In this document: one piece after another, positions 26,517-39,731 of the stretch | How the letters are laid out: each line of letters opens with the position of its first letter | How positions within the stretch are numbered: position 1 is the first letter of the stretch | Notes under the pieces: model-generated | Told to the model about the DNA's origin: nothing | Seen by the model: the letters and a program-made list of their open reading frames with translations, nothing else | Databases searched by the model: none | Source: Tubulanus polymorphus | Lineage: Eukaryota; Animalia; Nemertea | Direction of reading: 5' to 3' | DNA length: 64,000 bases | Assembly (NCBI RefSeq): GCF_964204645.1 | Contig: NC_134027.1 | Coordinates: 19,182,560-19,246,559, forward strand | Position numbers and translations under genes: made by a program

Positions 26517-27363
26517 TTATACATGGACAGATATCTGTTGATACTGATAATTTCAGGGTTTTTGACAGTTAATTGTTTGACTTATAGATTTTTTAATGAA
26601 AATTTTGCGATGCTTAGAAGTTTGTACCCAACAACTCTAATGAAACGCTGGCTGTTCCACACGGATATATATTCGTACATGTATACAGTTTATGCTAAAA
26701 TCTCAGAGTTTGTGACAGCAAATTATCGGCCTTTTTCGATAATTTTGCACGTGAAGAGATAACATCTATCTCGCTAAATCGAGTATTCGGACAGATATCT
26801 GAAAAAGCAGATTTCTTTTTCCAGTGAACTCTTCGTTTTACATATTTTTTCGATAATTTTACCAGATTCAATACGCAGGAACTTTTATGACGCTGAATGC
26901 CGTACACATATTTTTCGAGTTAGTTACTTCAAATAGTTCGATAATTTTACTACAAAGAGAACGCAGCAGTATCCATGACGGTTAATCTGAAATCAATGAA
27001 GTAAAGACCCTCCATATAATCGAAAAAAACTGAATGAAAATTTGACGTTTCGACCCAATTCTATGGGCGATTTTCAAAAACTGAAACAAAAAATTTATTT
27101 CGCTGAATGAACCGCACAAGCAGGTATCTGTAAACCCTGATAATTCTTTTGAGTTTTTGGCAGTAAACTATTTGAGTTATACTTTTTAGAATTTGTACGA
27201 ATCAATAACGCCGAATAAATCACATAAAACTATCTGTTACCGCGATGTTTCCGCGCTTCTCTGCGAGAATCCGGTTCCGCGGTACTGCGAGTTTTTCATC
27301 GGCAATTCGATCGTACGATGGGATCCCGCACCCTTGTGTAATTCAAAGGTCGAACGAAAAAAA

Positions 27364-27875
27364 TCGATTATAGAAAAATGCAAAACGAAACCAGAGCAAA
27401 AACTAAAACTTCGTTTTTGCTCTATGCTTTTTCGTTTTTGCGCCATGAAATTCGTTTCTGCGCCCTTGCAAAAACGAACTTTCGATTTTGCTACCGCGCA
27501 AAAACGAACTTTAACGCGCAAAAACGAAATATTATAGCGCAAAAACGAAAATATTCGCCCTAGCAAAAACTAACTTTCGTTTCTGCTCTTTGGATTTTTG
27601 TTTTGCATTTTTCTATAATCGAGGTCACATGCAAATAATTCATAAGAGCAAAAACGAAAAATCATGGAGCAAAAACGAATATTTCCGTTTTTGCGCTATA
27701 ATATTTCGTTTTTGCGGAGTAGCAAAAACGAATATTATGGAGCAAAAATGAAAAATCATAGAGCATTTCGTTTTTGCTAGGGCGCAATAAAAACGTTCGT
27801 TTTTACTCTTCGTTTTGCGTTTTTCTATAATCGAGGTCGTGTAAAAATTATTGCATTTGGCCCTTATCAGCCACC
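27364..27875. mobile_element. Foldback-like MITE built from GCAAAAACGAA repeats
   Basis: TCGATTATAGAAAAA at 27364 is inverted at ~27610 and ~27820. Many GCAAAAACGAA / TTCGTTTTTGC units. The right end GGCCCTTATCAGCC resembles the 17750 element. Confidence 0.65.
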
Positions 27876-28034
27876 AAAGGTTAACTCTTTTTGTCTGTAA
27901 ACTATTTTTCGAAAATTCTGCCAATTTTGTACGCCGGGACATTCATGATGCTGAATGTCCATAGATATCTGTTAATTTCAGTTTCGACAGTAAACTATTT
28001 TAGTTACATATTTTTCAATTTTGCTCGAAGTCCT

Positions 28035-28752
28035 TAGAGGGGGGTCTGGGGGCCCACCCCCGGAAAATTTTGAAAATATGGTACCATTTAAAGGCTTTTA
28101 GAGGGCTTCTAGAGTCTAGCAGAGCAATCCAGAATAAACGAATTCGAGACAAGATTTCAACAGATGCGGATAAAAAATGAAGCTGGCGAACCCATGAAAG
28201 AATGGTTGTCGCCAACTTCGCCTAGTGCCCCTATAATCTTTAAAAGTGCAATTATACAGAATACGGCTAAGTGCCCCTTCATTGTTAACAATCGGCAAAA
28301 ATTGCCTCGTCTTCACATTTATCCTCATGTCGTGTGCCATCTTCCAAACCAAAAGTGCCCCTAAAATTTTAAAAATTAGGCAAAAAAGTGCCCTTTTCTT
28401 CAACATTTTACCGCGTATAGTGCCCTCTTCTAAAGTACGAGTGCCCCTTTAGCCCTCCCTGAAAAGGCAAGGACAAGGTGCCCTCATCTAAAGCATGAGT
28501 GCCCCTTGCAAAAGGAAAGTGCCCTATTTAATTTATCATGATTAAAGGCTTTACAAATATGATTATCTCTCCTCACTTTCTCGGCAGCAGTATATACCGA
28601 TTGATTTTATAATTATGCCCGGATTACGGACACGGAATTAGCGGTTGCTGAAATAATGCCGTCAAAAATAATGCCGGTGAAATTTCGAGGGGCACTTAAA
28701 AATTCTAGACCGTATTGGGCAATACGGCTAATACGGTCTGGATCCGCCCGTG
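28035..28752. mobile_element. Non-autonomous DNA transposon remnant
   Basis: GGGGGTCTGGGGG..CCCCCGGAAAATTTT motif, repeated AGTGCCC units, and a terminal GGATCCGCCCGTG. Confidence 0.45.
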
Positions 28753-28849
28753 ACCGTGGCGTAGGCACTTGTTAGTTATCTAATCGTTGGTGGTAGCTTT
28801 TTATAATCGGATGGGCTTATACCATAATATATGTGGTTTGTGAAAATAT

Positions 28850-29447
28850 CCGATGTGGTGAAAATAAACCACAGACAGGTTAGGCCTACTGACTACGTAG
28901 GCACGTGCTACCGTTGCGAAAATCTCGTGCCTTTTTTGATGCCCAAAGTAGAAAAAGGTCGCATTTTTACGAGACGAGGTAGATGAGTTTAAACTAAGAG
29001 TACGTTATTCTTCAAGTTATAAGTTGTGCTACCCTCGGTCCAGTGTCCCTGGATCCGCCTGACGCGACGAACGAGTCCGCTGAACACCTGCTCACCCCTA
29101 CTCGCCGGAGAATGGATTTTAACCCAGCGCGCGTGCGATACAGCCTGCCACCCCTATTACTGCGTGTAACGGGTACGGTGTGACGGTCGGTGGTACTGCA
29201 GCTGCAGCAGCTGTCACAACGCTGTTGTGTGTCACTGCTTAGAGATGGAATTACGCCGCGATACTCTATTATAAACCCGCCGCTATATATACATACTCAA
29301 TTTCCATTGCGCCAAATCGGTGAATATATATATACATATAAATATATGACAGAGGGATAGAACGGAGACACTTGTATCTTTTAGAGTAGTAGTTTTACTT
29401 AGCGCGTGTAGTTTATTTTGCCTTGTTGGATCTCAACTCAAAATACG
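28850..29447 (+). promoter_or_regulatory. CpG-rich promoter / 5' leader of the alpha-2/delta-like gene, with three uORFs
   Basis: GC- and CpG-rich stretch directly before ATG 29448. uORFs at 29112-29183, 29245-29274 and 29346-29360. TSS unknown. Confidence 0.5.
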
Positions 29448-30574
29448 ATGAAGGTGTCCGTAATAACTACGATATTGTTTGGAATACTGGTGACTTTACC
29501 TGGCGCGATGTACGCTAACAAACCGTTGGTCATCAACGCAGCTTTTCGGAAGGAGTAAGTTTATTTTTGTCAATATTCAATTCATGTACGCTCTCGTGTC
29601 TTAGAGAGCCTACACTTACTAATTTATCACAACAGTAAAACGAAAATTAGATAAATGGAATTAAGTAATAATAGGCTAATTTTTCAAGTAAAGCTTTGAT
29701 TTATTTAGTTGAAAAGTTGAATTTATAATATAAGCCTAGCCTATTTCAATAAGCCTACGATATGATACCAGAACCAGGATACCGGTAGCCTACCCGGTAT
29801 TTAGGCCTAGTTGTTGATCATCAATTTAATTGAGTGTTGTTGGCTGAAAAGATAAACGTGGATGATTATCAAATGCTAACAAGGAAAAATGATATTTTGA
29901 TAATGAATCAATGAGAGCCAGGGTTACAGTTAAAGCTATAGTTAAGTTCCTGGTGGTTGAACCATCCATGGACTAGTGGCAGAGTGGTAGGCCTAGAACA
30001 TTGAAATAGGCACCTATGTCTGTGGCAGGGAACCTTTGGCAGGTGGTGCCGATCATCAGGGTTCAAATATCACAATTTTTTGTTACTAATTTAGGCTTAA
30101 AATAATAGGCTACCATAATTTTTGTATAGGCCTAAGGCCCTAGATGCCTTTAGCCTATAGCCTAGCTCATTTTGATAGGATTTTTGAAATTAGGTATTGG
30201 CAAGATCTTGCATTTAGGGTCTATCTATAATACTAAAATAATGGCAAATTGGCAGAATAGGCCTACGCTTAATTTTTTGATGGATTTTAGGGCCAAAGTC
30301 AGAATTTGAAATCTTGCACTTTGCACAGAATTTGAAATCTTGAAATCTGCAAAATTGTCACCTAACCTCGCAATATCCTAAACCTTGAATTGATTTTGGG
30401 AAGGCTTACTTAAGAATTTTTAATTTTTTTGGGGTCAATTAGGATGTTGGCAGTAGGCTGGCTAGGCCTATAAGATATTAATCATTTTACAGAATACAAA
30501 ATTGGGCGAAGAAGATCGGAAATGAAATGAACACAAGGCTAAAGACTTTAACTGGCTATGACTCACTTAAAACG
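29448..30574 (+). CDS. CACNA2D: Voltage-gated calcium channel alpha-2/delta subunit-like gene, coding exons 1-2 (partial)
   Basis: Exon 29448-29554 encodes a signal peptide, MKVSVITTILFGILVTLPGAMYA-NKPLVINAAFRK, with donor GTAAGT. Exon 30493-30574 joins in phase and encodes EIQNWAKKIGNEMNTRLKTLTGYDSLKT, with donor GTAAGA. This resembles, from memory, the alpha-2/delta N-terminus (I/V-K-x-W...G...L). No further exon was recognised. Confidence 0.72.
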
Positions 30575-32305
30575 GTAAGATTTATTAAAAACAAATTTTC
30601 TCAATTAAAACTAGCCTACCTACTCTGAGTACATTGTACAGGTTGGCTTATCGTACTGGACAATTGACACAGGCCCTGAATTGTTGAAATTTATTATTTC
30701 TCTTTCTTTCTTTCCTTTTCCTTACTTTTCCTTCTTTATTCATGGAAAATTACAACCTTATAGGCCTAAGTTACAAAGCACATAACTAAATTAAGGATGT
30801 ATCTGATGCATTGATGGAATAAAATGTGTAATTAATTTAACATTTAACCCTTTCCTGTCTGTATGTCTGGCCTGATCGGAGTGCTAATAGAGCAGCACCT
30901 TTAAAATGTTTGCTAATATAGGCCTATATGGAAATTGCAATAAATAAGAACCGCTTAGGCTTATAGGCTATGCCAGGAATGATGGTAGTAGCTATGAACG
31001 CAGGTAAAGGTTCATGCTTTGGATCACCTAAATGTATGAGGAGGGATTTCAAACCTGATCCAACCTCAAAATAGGAAAAGGTTAGGGCACTTTCATTTTG
31101 ACTACCTAGTGCGCTTGATCAGTCCCTGAAAATCTGTTTATTGATTTTAAGTTTGCCTGTGTCTGTTACGAGTTGAATTTAGGCTATAAATTATGGAATC
31201 AATTCATTGTTCACTACACCATTTGCGCGCAGATCTGCTGTGTTATTATCTTGACTACTACATAACACCATAATCTATGGTCCCATGTACCGAACTGGCA
31301 TTATTAATAATTCATAGTCTTCATTTTCACTTCACCCTCCCACTGTTCAGTTCATATGAAGTGTCATATTTAGCGCGAGGGAAAGTTTGAGTCATATAAT
31401 TATAGAATTATTAATAGGGCCTGTTTAGTTTTAACGGACCGTCCACAGCTTTAATATGGGAATACACAGACCACCTCTTCAATGAGCTTCCCCTTTATTG
31501 AATAAAGTTCAAGGTATCAGCAGTTACAATGTAGTTGAAAGATAAAAAAGATCAAGTTGAATGAGCCAAGTTATGTTCAGAGTTACTCAATAGTTGCTCT
31601 GCAGCCATCCAGTGATCAGTGATGTCAAGTCCTGTGCTGATTGTTAAATCAGTTTAAATAGACCATATCATTATGAAATCTATTAACATTTTAGTATGTC
31701 AATGATTGTTTTGAGTGTGCTTATGAATAATGAATGAATTATCAGGTTTTCTCTCCGATAATCGGTACTCTACATGTTTTTGGGAAATAGCAATTTAAGT
31801 AGCCATTAAAAACAAAAAAAAAATCAAAATTCCAATAAATGATTTTAGCTGAATGAAGGACGCATCGTAGGCCTTTTAGTCTTAGTGGATATGTTTTAGC
31901 TATGTACGGGCCTATGTTGGGCTATATAGCCTAAAATGTTATACATAAGGTGTTAACCAATGGATCGCCTATTATAGCTAGATACTGATACATATAATGA
32001 CCGCGCCCATTATCATCAGATGCCTTGTAACATAGCCATGTGTGTGTGTGTATATATATATATAGTGTGTGTGTGTGTGTGTGTATGGGCCTATACATCA
32101 AATCGACATTATCTTTGCATCATTAAACAACCGGACAGCAGGTTAATGTTTTAGTATAAAACAACAATGTTTAGTATCTCGGTTATTGCCCATTACGTAT
32201 TCTATCATGCAATTGTATTATTATATGTTGTTCATCCAGCAATAATGAGACTTTAAATATTCTAGGATGAAATACGCCGTGCCCTGCTTATTCTGGTACT
32301 TCATA

Positions 32306-32751
32306 GCCGCGTTCACACGACAACTAGTTAGACCGGTCTAAATGGGTCCGTACCTGGTCCGGACCAAATTTTGGTGAACGTCCATGCGGCGTTTTGAAAC
32401 GCGGTGATAAAATCGATTGTCACCGGGCCCACAAGATGTCGCCATCTGCTAAATAATCAATTGCGCCTGGATGATGTCTTGCTTCCAGATTCGAAGTATA
32501 GCAAGACATTCATCATTTGACCTATTCGATCCTCTGTCAGGTACCAGTTTCTGTCCACACACACATATTTAGACCGGTCCAAAATTTTGTCCGGACCTGG
32601 TTTGCTCTTTTAGACCGTGCCAAATTAGACCGGTCTAAACTAGACCGGTCTAATTTGGAACGGTATTTTTGACCGTGTGAACGCTTGGTCTGGTCTAAAT
32701 TGGACCGGACCAAATTTAGACCGGTCTAAATTTCGTCGTGTGAACGTGCCT
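32306..32751. mobile_element. MITE with AGACCGGTCT internal repeats
   Basis: TIRs AGCCGCGTTCACACGAC / GTCGTGTGAACGTGCCT. Inverted, deleted copy at 53665-53981 and a fragment at ~60090-60225. Confidence 0.8.
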
Positions 32752-33856
32752 AATGGTTAAGGTTGAATAAAGGTGATCATAAAACTGTTGTCTAATTATT
32801 GCCTTGGGGAGGGGGAAGGGGAATCTTATGGTTTTTGCTGCACAGTGTAGATTTTCTGTCGGGTATCATTAATTTATTAGGGCCTACTTCAGCCTACACA
32901 TAAGATTTCAGTGTCATCTTTTCAATTATGAAAATCTATTCAAGTGATATATTTTTCAGTTTCTAAACCTTAATTCACCTTTTATAATCGTTTTTTAGCA
33001 GTTTCTCCGGTGTGTGTGTGTGCGCGCGTGTGTGTGTATACATATTTAATCAGAATTTCTCAAATAAAAGTTCGATGTATGATCTGGCGTAGGGTTCCGA
33101 ACTTAAACATCAAGAATGGGTTTTGATTTTGTGCATTTTGTGAATTAGGCATCAAGAGAAAGTTTAGTATTTTCAAGAGTCATTATGAAATCTGGATGCA
33201 ACTAAAAGAATCGAATTTGTCTCCTTGGCAGAAATCTGGACCGTGGATCCGTACTATAAGCAATCAAAAAGGCCTTACTTACAAGGTACCTAACCGGTAA
33301 AAAATGCAAGGTCAACTTGTAAAAATGCAAGGTCAAGATGATAACAAGCAGTCATTTGCAACCATAAGCAATAGGCCTTGGCTACGTAAGGCTATAGTTT
33401 AACTTGCACAGATGGCTTGAGTTAAGTACGTAAGTTTGTTAAATGCAAAATTAGAATTAGAAATCAAGGCAAATGATTCATTTTACCGATAGGTATATAG
33501 CCAATCATGCAATGATACTTAATTCATGCTGTAATGAAGGTGATTATTGTAAATTTCGGTGGATCATGTTCAATTTGAATTGATTTACGTATCGCGTGAT
33601 TTTGAGGTATGCAATAAATTGTGTCGATTTTAACTTTGCCGTGGCGTGCAATGTCGTTATTATAAACATTTAATAGCTATACTCGGGGCATATTTTAAGA
33701 AAACGATGTGCTCAATCGATCAAACACAGTCGTGCACGACGTCTCCAATTTTTGGCACATTTTCTGTGATGAAAGTGTAGCTCATTATTGAGGCTATATA
33801 TAGGCCTAACACTAACAGTGGTTGTAGCTTACTGAATGATTTATCCAAGAGTCATA

Positions 33857-34075
33857 AGCCGCGATCACACCAGCATTTTTGGCCCGGAACAACTGTTCCA
33901 ATGACCGAAATCGGACCAGGTCCAATTTTAGTTTTGTACAAATGATTGTATTTGAATTGCAGCTGTTTGTGGAAATGACTCACTTCGCTTTGTTTGAGCA
34001 TTGTTTTGTTTCTAGTGAGTGGTTTGCTCTCTTATCAGGCACGGGCCTAATTTCACTCGGGCCTTGGGCCGGGTG
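33857..34075 (-). mobile_element. MITE family C fragment (AGCCGCGATCACAC ends)
   Basis: Begins AGCCGCGATCACACCAGCATTTTTGGCCCGG. Relatives at ~35130-35360, 35840-35990, 38378-38630, 42362-42680, 44542-46586 and 54459-54766. Confidence 0.7.
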
Positions 34076-34924
34076 TGGCTATATTTTTAATTTAACTTTT
34101 CAATTTGTCAGTTAAAATCTTATTCTCGATCCAGTACCTTATTTTGGGTTTATTATAACTTAGGATGCAGTTTCAATATTGGATGCAGTTTCAATATTGC
34201 ATTGCTGATTAATCGAAATTGTTACTATAATTATAGCCTGATGGATATTTTTGCTCCAATCCAAGTGCTATCAATACATACACCGCAATTTGACAATCAA
34301 TTCTCATGGAGTGTTTGCGTTCCAGTGGTAACGCATTTGGCTTCAGAATTTAGTGTTCGTGGCATGTGAATATTGGCCTGGGCTTTCTTACTTCACGTGT
34401 GATCGTTCATTGAAGTGGACTTTACGATCACATGACATGTAGCCTGGTATGAGATCAAGTAGGCCTATGTGCTAGCTTGTATGGCCTGCTTCGGCAATTT
34501 AAGACTGTTTAGCCAAAATATGTTTAAAACCATTTCGGGCAATTTCAGGGGTGTTCCCATTTCAAGGAATAAGGGTACTGGGTTCAAGCCACAATGTTTG
34601 TAGGGTTCAGAACTACTTAGAATGAGCCAAAACTAGTTAAATCTTCCATTGTTATATGTGTTATGAATATTGTGTTATAACTAACATTTGCATTACCAGA
34701 ATATCAAACATAGGCTAAGCGTATTTGCTTTATTAACAGGGCAAATTCAAAAGCTATGATTTTAATTGTTTTTAGCCCCATGAAAAATAAATGATATCAT
34801 TGAATTGAAAGCTTAGAATTGATTAACATTGTCAGTAGTTCTCATAAATGTTCCTTGGCCTTTTTTCCGTGGCCATTTTTTCTAGGCAAATACCTTGGCC
34901 ATTTTTTCCTACATGCTTCCCCCC

Positions 34925-35115
34925 CATCATCCCTCGGCAGGGATTCATACCAGATGGCATCGCTAGACTCGGCACACGGCTCAAAACCCTGCCATACTAG
35001 CCCGAATGTGTGGGTACATGCTCAGATTGGCTGCATGAAAACCTGTGGCACCAATCAGATTGCCTGTTGTAAGCAAATTTCATGGATAAACTGTAAATGG
35101 AAAAACCCATGGGCT
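34925..35115 (+). mobile_element. Truncated MITE family B copy
   Basis: CATCATCCCTCGGCAGGGATTC matches the 7305 left end; the right end is missing. Confidence 0.65.
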
Positions 35116-36132
35116 TTTTAAGGGGGCTTGCGGTCTGTGCCTTTTTGGCCCTACCAAAATGTTGGTTTAGGCCCAAGCCAAATTTTAACATGGGCCAAAT
35201 CATTGCGTATGAATTGCAACTGGTTCCGGAAATGACTCACTTCGCTCCGTCCAAGCATTGTTTAGTAACAAATGAAGTGCTTTTCATGTGAACACGCTCT
35301 CGTATTTGACTCAGGCCTGATCCGTGCCTGTTCGCCCGGGCCAAATAATTGCCGCACGATCAAATGCGACAAAAGTATTCGATGTCATACTTTCTCACAT
35401 ATATTCATCATTGCTGGATATAATTGAGCGCCTCGCCTCTTCTCCCTGGCGCGGGGTTTTCATTATTATCAACATATTGATGATGTATTAGTCATTAATG
35501 AAAATAAATCTTGGCGGTGAACAATTCGAGTGATTCTCTTCGCTTACGGACTGTTGTGGTATTGTCACGTATAGTATGACGTTTAATGGCCATATTGTGT
35601 AGTAATTAAGGCAGGGTTTCCGTGTTAATGAGGTAGAAAGATTAGATGCTTTACGATGACCTGTTAAGCCGGATGTATGATTTGATTTTTGCAATAGCCT
35701 CCCCTCGTGGATTCTCTACAAATTCAATTCTAATCATTAATCTATCTTTACTTTACCATCCATTCGACTGATTATGCACGATAGTAGGCGCATAGTCACC
35801 TCTTCTATTATATATTTCATTGCCTCTGTGGTGACAGTTGCCGCGATCGCAAGATGATTTGGCACTGGATCATTCTCGATTCAAATTTGGCCCATGCCTA
35901 ATTAGTGGACGCCTTTACACGTAAACCATTCGATGCAGTGAGTCATTTCAGAACCAGTTAGCTTCCACAAGCAATAATTTGACCCGTGCAATAACGGCTT
36001 ATATTTCTGTTGCGTCAAAGCCCAAGGGCTTCTAGTTGAAATTCTGTGATAAAACTTTTTCCAACTGCTGTGGAGAAGAACCATCCACTGAGAAACTCTG
36101 ATTTGTGGGTCGCAAGTTTTGGTTCGGAGGAT

Positions 36133-36257
36133 ATTGCTCAGAATTGCTTGATTCTGATTTACAGTTCGATGCAATACTTTGCTTAGAATTCCTTGATTCT
36201 GATTTACAGTTTGATACAATATTTTGCTTAGCATTGTTTGATTCTGATTTACAGTTT
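36133..36257. repeat. ~46-bp tandem repeat x3
   Basis: TGCTTAGAATT.CTTGATTCTGATTTACAGTT, with minor variation, occurs three times. Confidence 0.85.
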
Positions 36258-38106
36258 AATTAATACAATCTACCAACAATCGGCACAGGTATAAACAAAG
36301 AAATATGGGTTTTATTGGGATACCAGCTAGTGTGTATTTTAGGTGAAATATTACTGACAAACTGCTTTTAAAATGTAAAGTTTTTGATTTGTCTTAACCA
36401 GTGTGTCCGTTAGTACTTACTTTTCAATAGGTTAGCAATAGACAATAAACAGGTTTTCACACTTCTGACCCTAGTACTGAAAGGGATGACCAGTTGGTGT
36501 CCTTGGCACTGAAAGGGTTGATCAGCAGACAGTCATAGTTATCACCTTTAGTATTTGCGTAAATGAAAGCCGGGAGAATAAGGCTGATTTTAGGAGAAGA
36601 TTAGTTGTTTGGTTTATGTTCTTTGTCAGTAGTCCCCTGTGTAATCGCTACCATGGCGACTAGGTAGTTAACCCAGCGCATACCACAGGGAGAACTATCA
36701 ACCAATGAAACACCTCTTATCCCTTGTGAGAAATGGCCCCCTTCTTCTGTCGTATAATAGATAACTAAGGAAATGACATTTAATGTACCGTTAGACAATC
36801 AAATGCTATCGATGTGTCCAAAATGCGTAAAAAGTGTCCGATAACGTAATATCCCCAAAACGTGATGAAAATACCGAGTGACCTCATTCCCGATGAACAG
36901 GGCGGAAATAGCGAAAAAGTTTGTTGTTACCGGTTGGGTTGTTCCTATAGTAATGTCTAATAGCGTGTAATGTCTTGTTTCCTCAATGTTCGGTAGCTGA
37001 TTCATTCACATTGGATGGTTTTTAGATAATATCTATTGATTCGCTACTTTGTATTTCATCTGAGGTTTCAGTTGAGGTCGATTATACTTAAGGACATAAT
37101 CTGTTAAGAGTGTGAAAATAAACTTTAGCATTTTATTTTGAACTGTTGATAAAGACCCATGGGTGGCAGGTTTTCCTTTTCTTCGGCCAAATTATTCTGG
37201 TTCTGCGAATTACTGAGCGCCCTTCACAACCCTCAGAACCCGACATCCTATTAGGCACGGACCATATTTAATTCGGGCAAAATTGTCTCCATGTGATTGT
37301 GGCTTTTGGGTCCACTAAATCCTTCGTTATATAACCATTAGTCATTAAAGTTTTGCTGTAATCGTGCTTACCAAGTAATTGATCTAACACTTACTGTTTT
37401 AGTAAACCCCCCTACTTTTTTGGCGTTGTAAAAACCGATACAATAATGTTTCTATACATTGATACCTAGTATGCGTTATTATGTTAGTCGATGTATGGTA
37501 CGTCATCAATATTGGCGTTTCAAAATAACAAATAGGCCTACAATTGTGAATTTTGGCCTTTTATTTTGAAATTAGATATATTTCATATATTCAAATCAAA
37601 ATAACTTCATTGATCCTTAATATTATATGATTTGGATTATATCATTTATTTTCGACAATATTACGCAATATATCCGTGTTATTTTTCAAGGCATCAATAA
37701 ACTTTCAACTGAGTTTTCTTGTTTTTGCGTTATAACGGCTCTACAATCACTGCACGCTGTGTCTAATCTCGACGTTTCAGGTTGTAGAGATTTCGAAAAA
37801 AAAAATCGCCTCCGCTTTGTAATAGAAGGTAGATATAAACAGCGCACGTAGGTGAGCTAACCGAGGAAGCAACCTGTCAACTGACGGTGGAAAATGACTG
37901 ATAAAAATTCGCGGAGAACGTGATTTGATTCATACACAGTAGAACGGTCACCTCATATAAAAGAACGTAATTTGGTTCGGTTCAGTTGTTCGAAGAATGT
38001 TTTAGTGTTAAGACGTTGTTTCTTAATATGCGTGAACATAAGATGAAAAGTTAAATTACTTGAGAGACTCAATATTCAAGAAACATTGGGAGGAAGTTAT
38101 GTTGAC

Positions 38107-38358
38107 GGCTAATTTGAATGATCAGGAAAATCTGCTCATGAGATAGGTGCTTGTAGTTTTGGGTATTTGATTGTGAGGTACATCCATTATCCCTCTGCCA
38201 GGAGTCGATATTTCAGAGAGTTCTCAATATTTTAGAATCATTAGGAGTAAGTTGTATTGATGGCCAATTTGAACGATCAGAAAAATCTGCTCATGAGATA
38301 GGTGCTCGTAGTTTTGGGTATTTGATGGTGAGATACATCCATTCTACCTCTGCAAGAA
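38107..38358. repeat. Tandem duplication, period ~156 bp
   Basis: AAAATCTGCTCATGAGATAGGTGCT.GTAGTTTTGGGTATTTGAT occurs twice. Confidence 0.85.
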
Positions 38359-39136
38359 AAGTCGCGATGACATAACCGTTTTTGGCCTGGAACACCTATT
38401 CACACAAGTGCCAAATGGGCCCGAGTCTGTTAGGCCTGTGCCAAATTTGGCAGGATTGAACCAGACCCGAACCAAATTTTAGCACGGGACAAAATATGAT
38501 TGCATTTGAATTGCAACTGGTTTCGGATATGACTTGCTTCGCTTTATTTGAGCATTGGCAAATATCGAGTGAGTGGTTTGTGTGTTAGCATGCTCTCTTT
38601 GCAAAATATGGCTCAAGCCTGATTCGTGCCAATACTTAAATGTTATCAAACGAAGCTGTGGCAAGCTAGGTGAGTCGCTTCTGGAACGAGTTCGCCTGCA
38701 GATCTATATAATAATTTGATTGCGCTTAAATTTGGCATAGGCCTATTCTGATATTTTTGGTTGGTTCAAACCAGGCACACACCCATTTGGCACCGGTATT
38801 AGTGCTTCGCCAGGGTGTATGTGCTACTCGGTAAAAAAAACACTCGCGTGATCATGGCTTAAGCCAACAGTATAACGCTATCTGATAAATGAATTTCATA
38901 GAGTTTTATGCGGTGATGTTGAAACGTGATGATGGAGATGGATTTCTACGCTTGAAAATGTTGTATTTACCAGGCTCAGTGTGTCAACAAGCATCAATCG
39001 CATGTGTTCATCAGTAAATATTCAGCTGCACAAAGCGACTTCAGCAGTATTCGGCTTATAGGTATCGTACCACCATTAATCGAGTTTATCACTGAAACAC
39101 TGCATTTTACCTTATATTTTTATTCTGTTTCGACCT

Positions 39137-39440
39137 TAATAGCCTAGAGGCCGCAATTGTTGACCGAATGTTTTCAAACTTGCTACACAAGTAGTATATC
39201 ACTTTGCCCCGAATCCTATTTAGAATTGGGGTGACTCGATTTGCATAATGGCCACCAGGGGCAGACATGAAAAATGATGTTAATAGCCTAGAGGCTGCAA
39301 TTGTTGACTGATTTATTTCAAACTTTGCACACAAGTAGGGTATCACTTGGGCGAAAACCCTATTTGAAATTGGGTCGATTCGATTCAAATTATGGCTACC
39401 AGGGGCCGACCTGAAAAACAACCTCAACAGCCTAGCGGCC
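39137..39440. repeat. ~145-bp tandem repeat x2 (Helitron/Helentron-type core repeat)
   Basis: AGCCTAGAGGC.GCAATTGTTGAC...TTCAAACTT...CACAAGTAG...ACCAGGGGC repeats. The Helentron association is inference. Confidence 0.75.
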
Positions 39441-39672
39441 ATTGGGCGGAAAATGTAGGAATTTCGATGTGAAATCGTTTTTTGGTTCGATTTTGATAGG
39501 TGATATATGGAAATGAAATTTTAAGAGAGGAGGAACAGGATATGTAAGTGTAATGGCGCAGCTCAGCCTCTCGTTTCTTTGGATTGACTGCTTTCTCATC
39601 TGTTATTTTCTTATGTATTAATCATATTTTTGTTATATAAACGGTTGCTTCGAAACAGTCCTTCATCATAGG

Positions 39673-39674
<2 letters not shown>

Positions 39675-39731
<57 letters not shown>
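39675..39731. repeat. (AT)n microsatellite
   Basis: Read directly. Confidence 0.95.

Larger units (their letters stand above)
25520..28015. repeat. Degenerate ~140-bp satellite array interrupted by insertions
   Basis: Recurrent TTTTTCGATAATTTTAC...ACGCAGCA...ATGACGCTGAA...AGATATCTG...GTAAACTATTT units. Confidence 0.7.

Noticed and set aside
27193-27942. CRISPR-like array or ORFs in the GCAAAAACGAA region
   Set aside because: Repeats are short, irregular and in both orientations, there are no cas genes, and the context is eukaryotic.
32266-32295. In-frame 30-nt microexon candidate DEIRRALLIL
   Set aside because: Weak donor (GTACTT) and no resemblance to alpha-2/delta sequence.
39107-39442. 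111-aa repeat-containing ORF
   Set aside because: It is a translation of a tandem DNA repeat.
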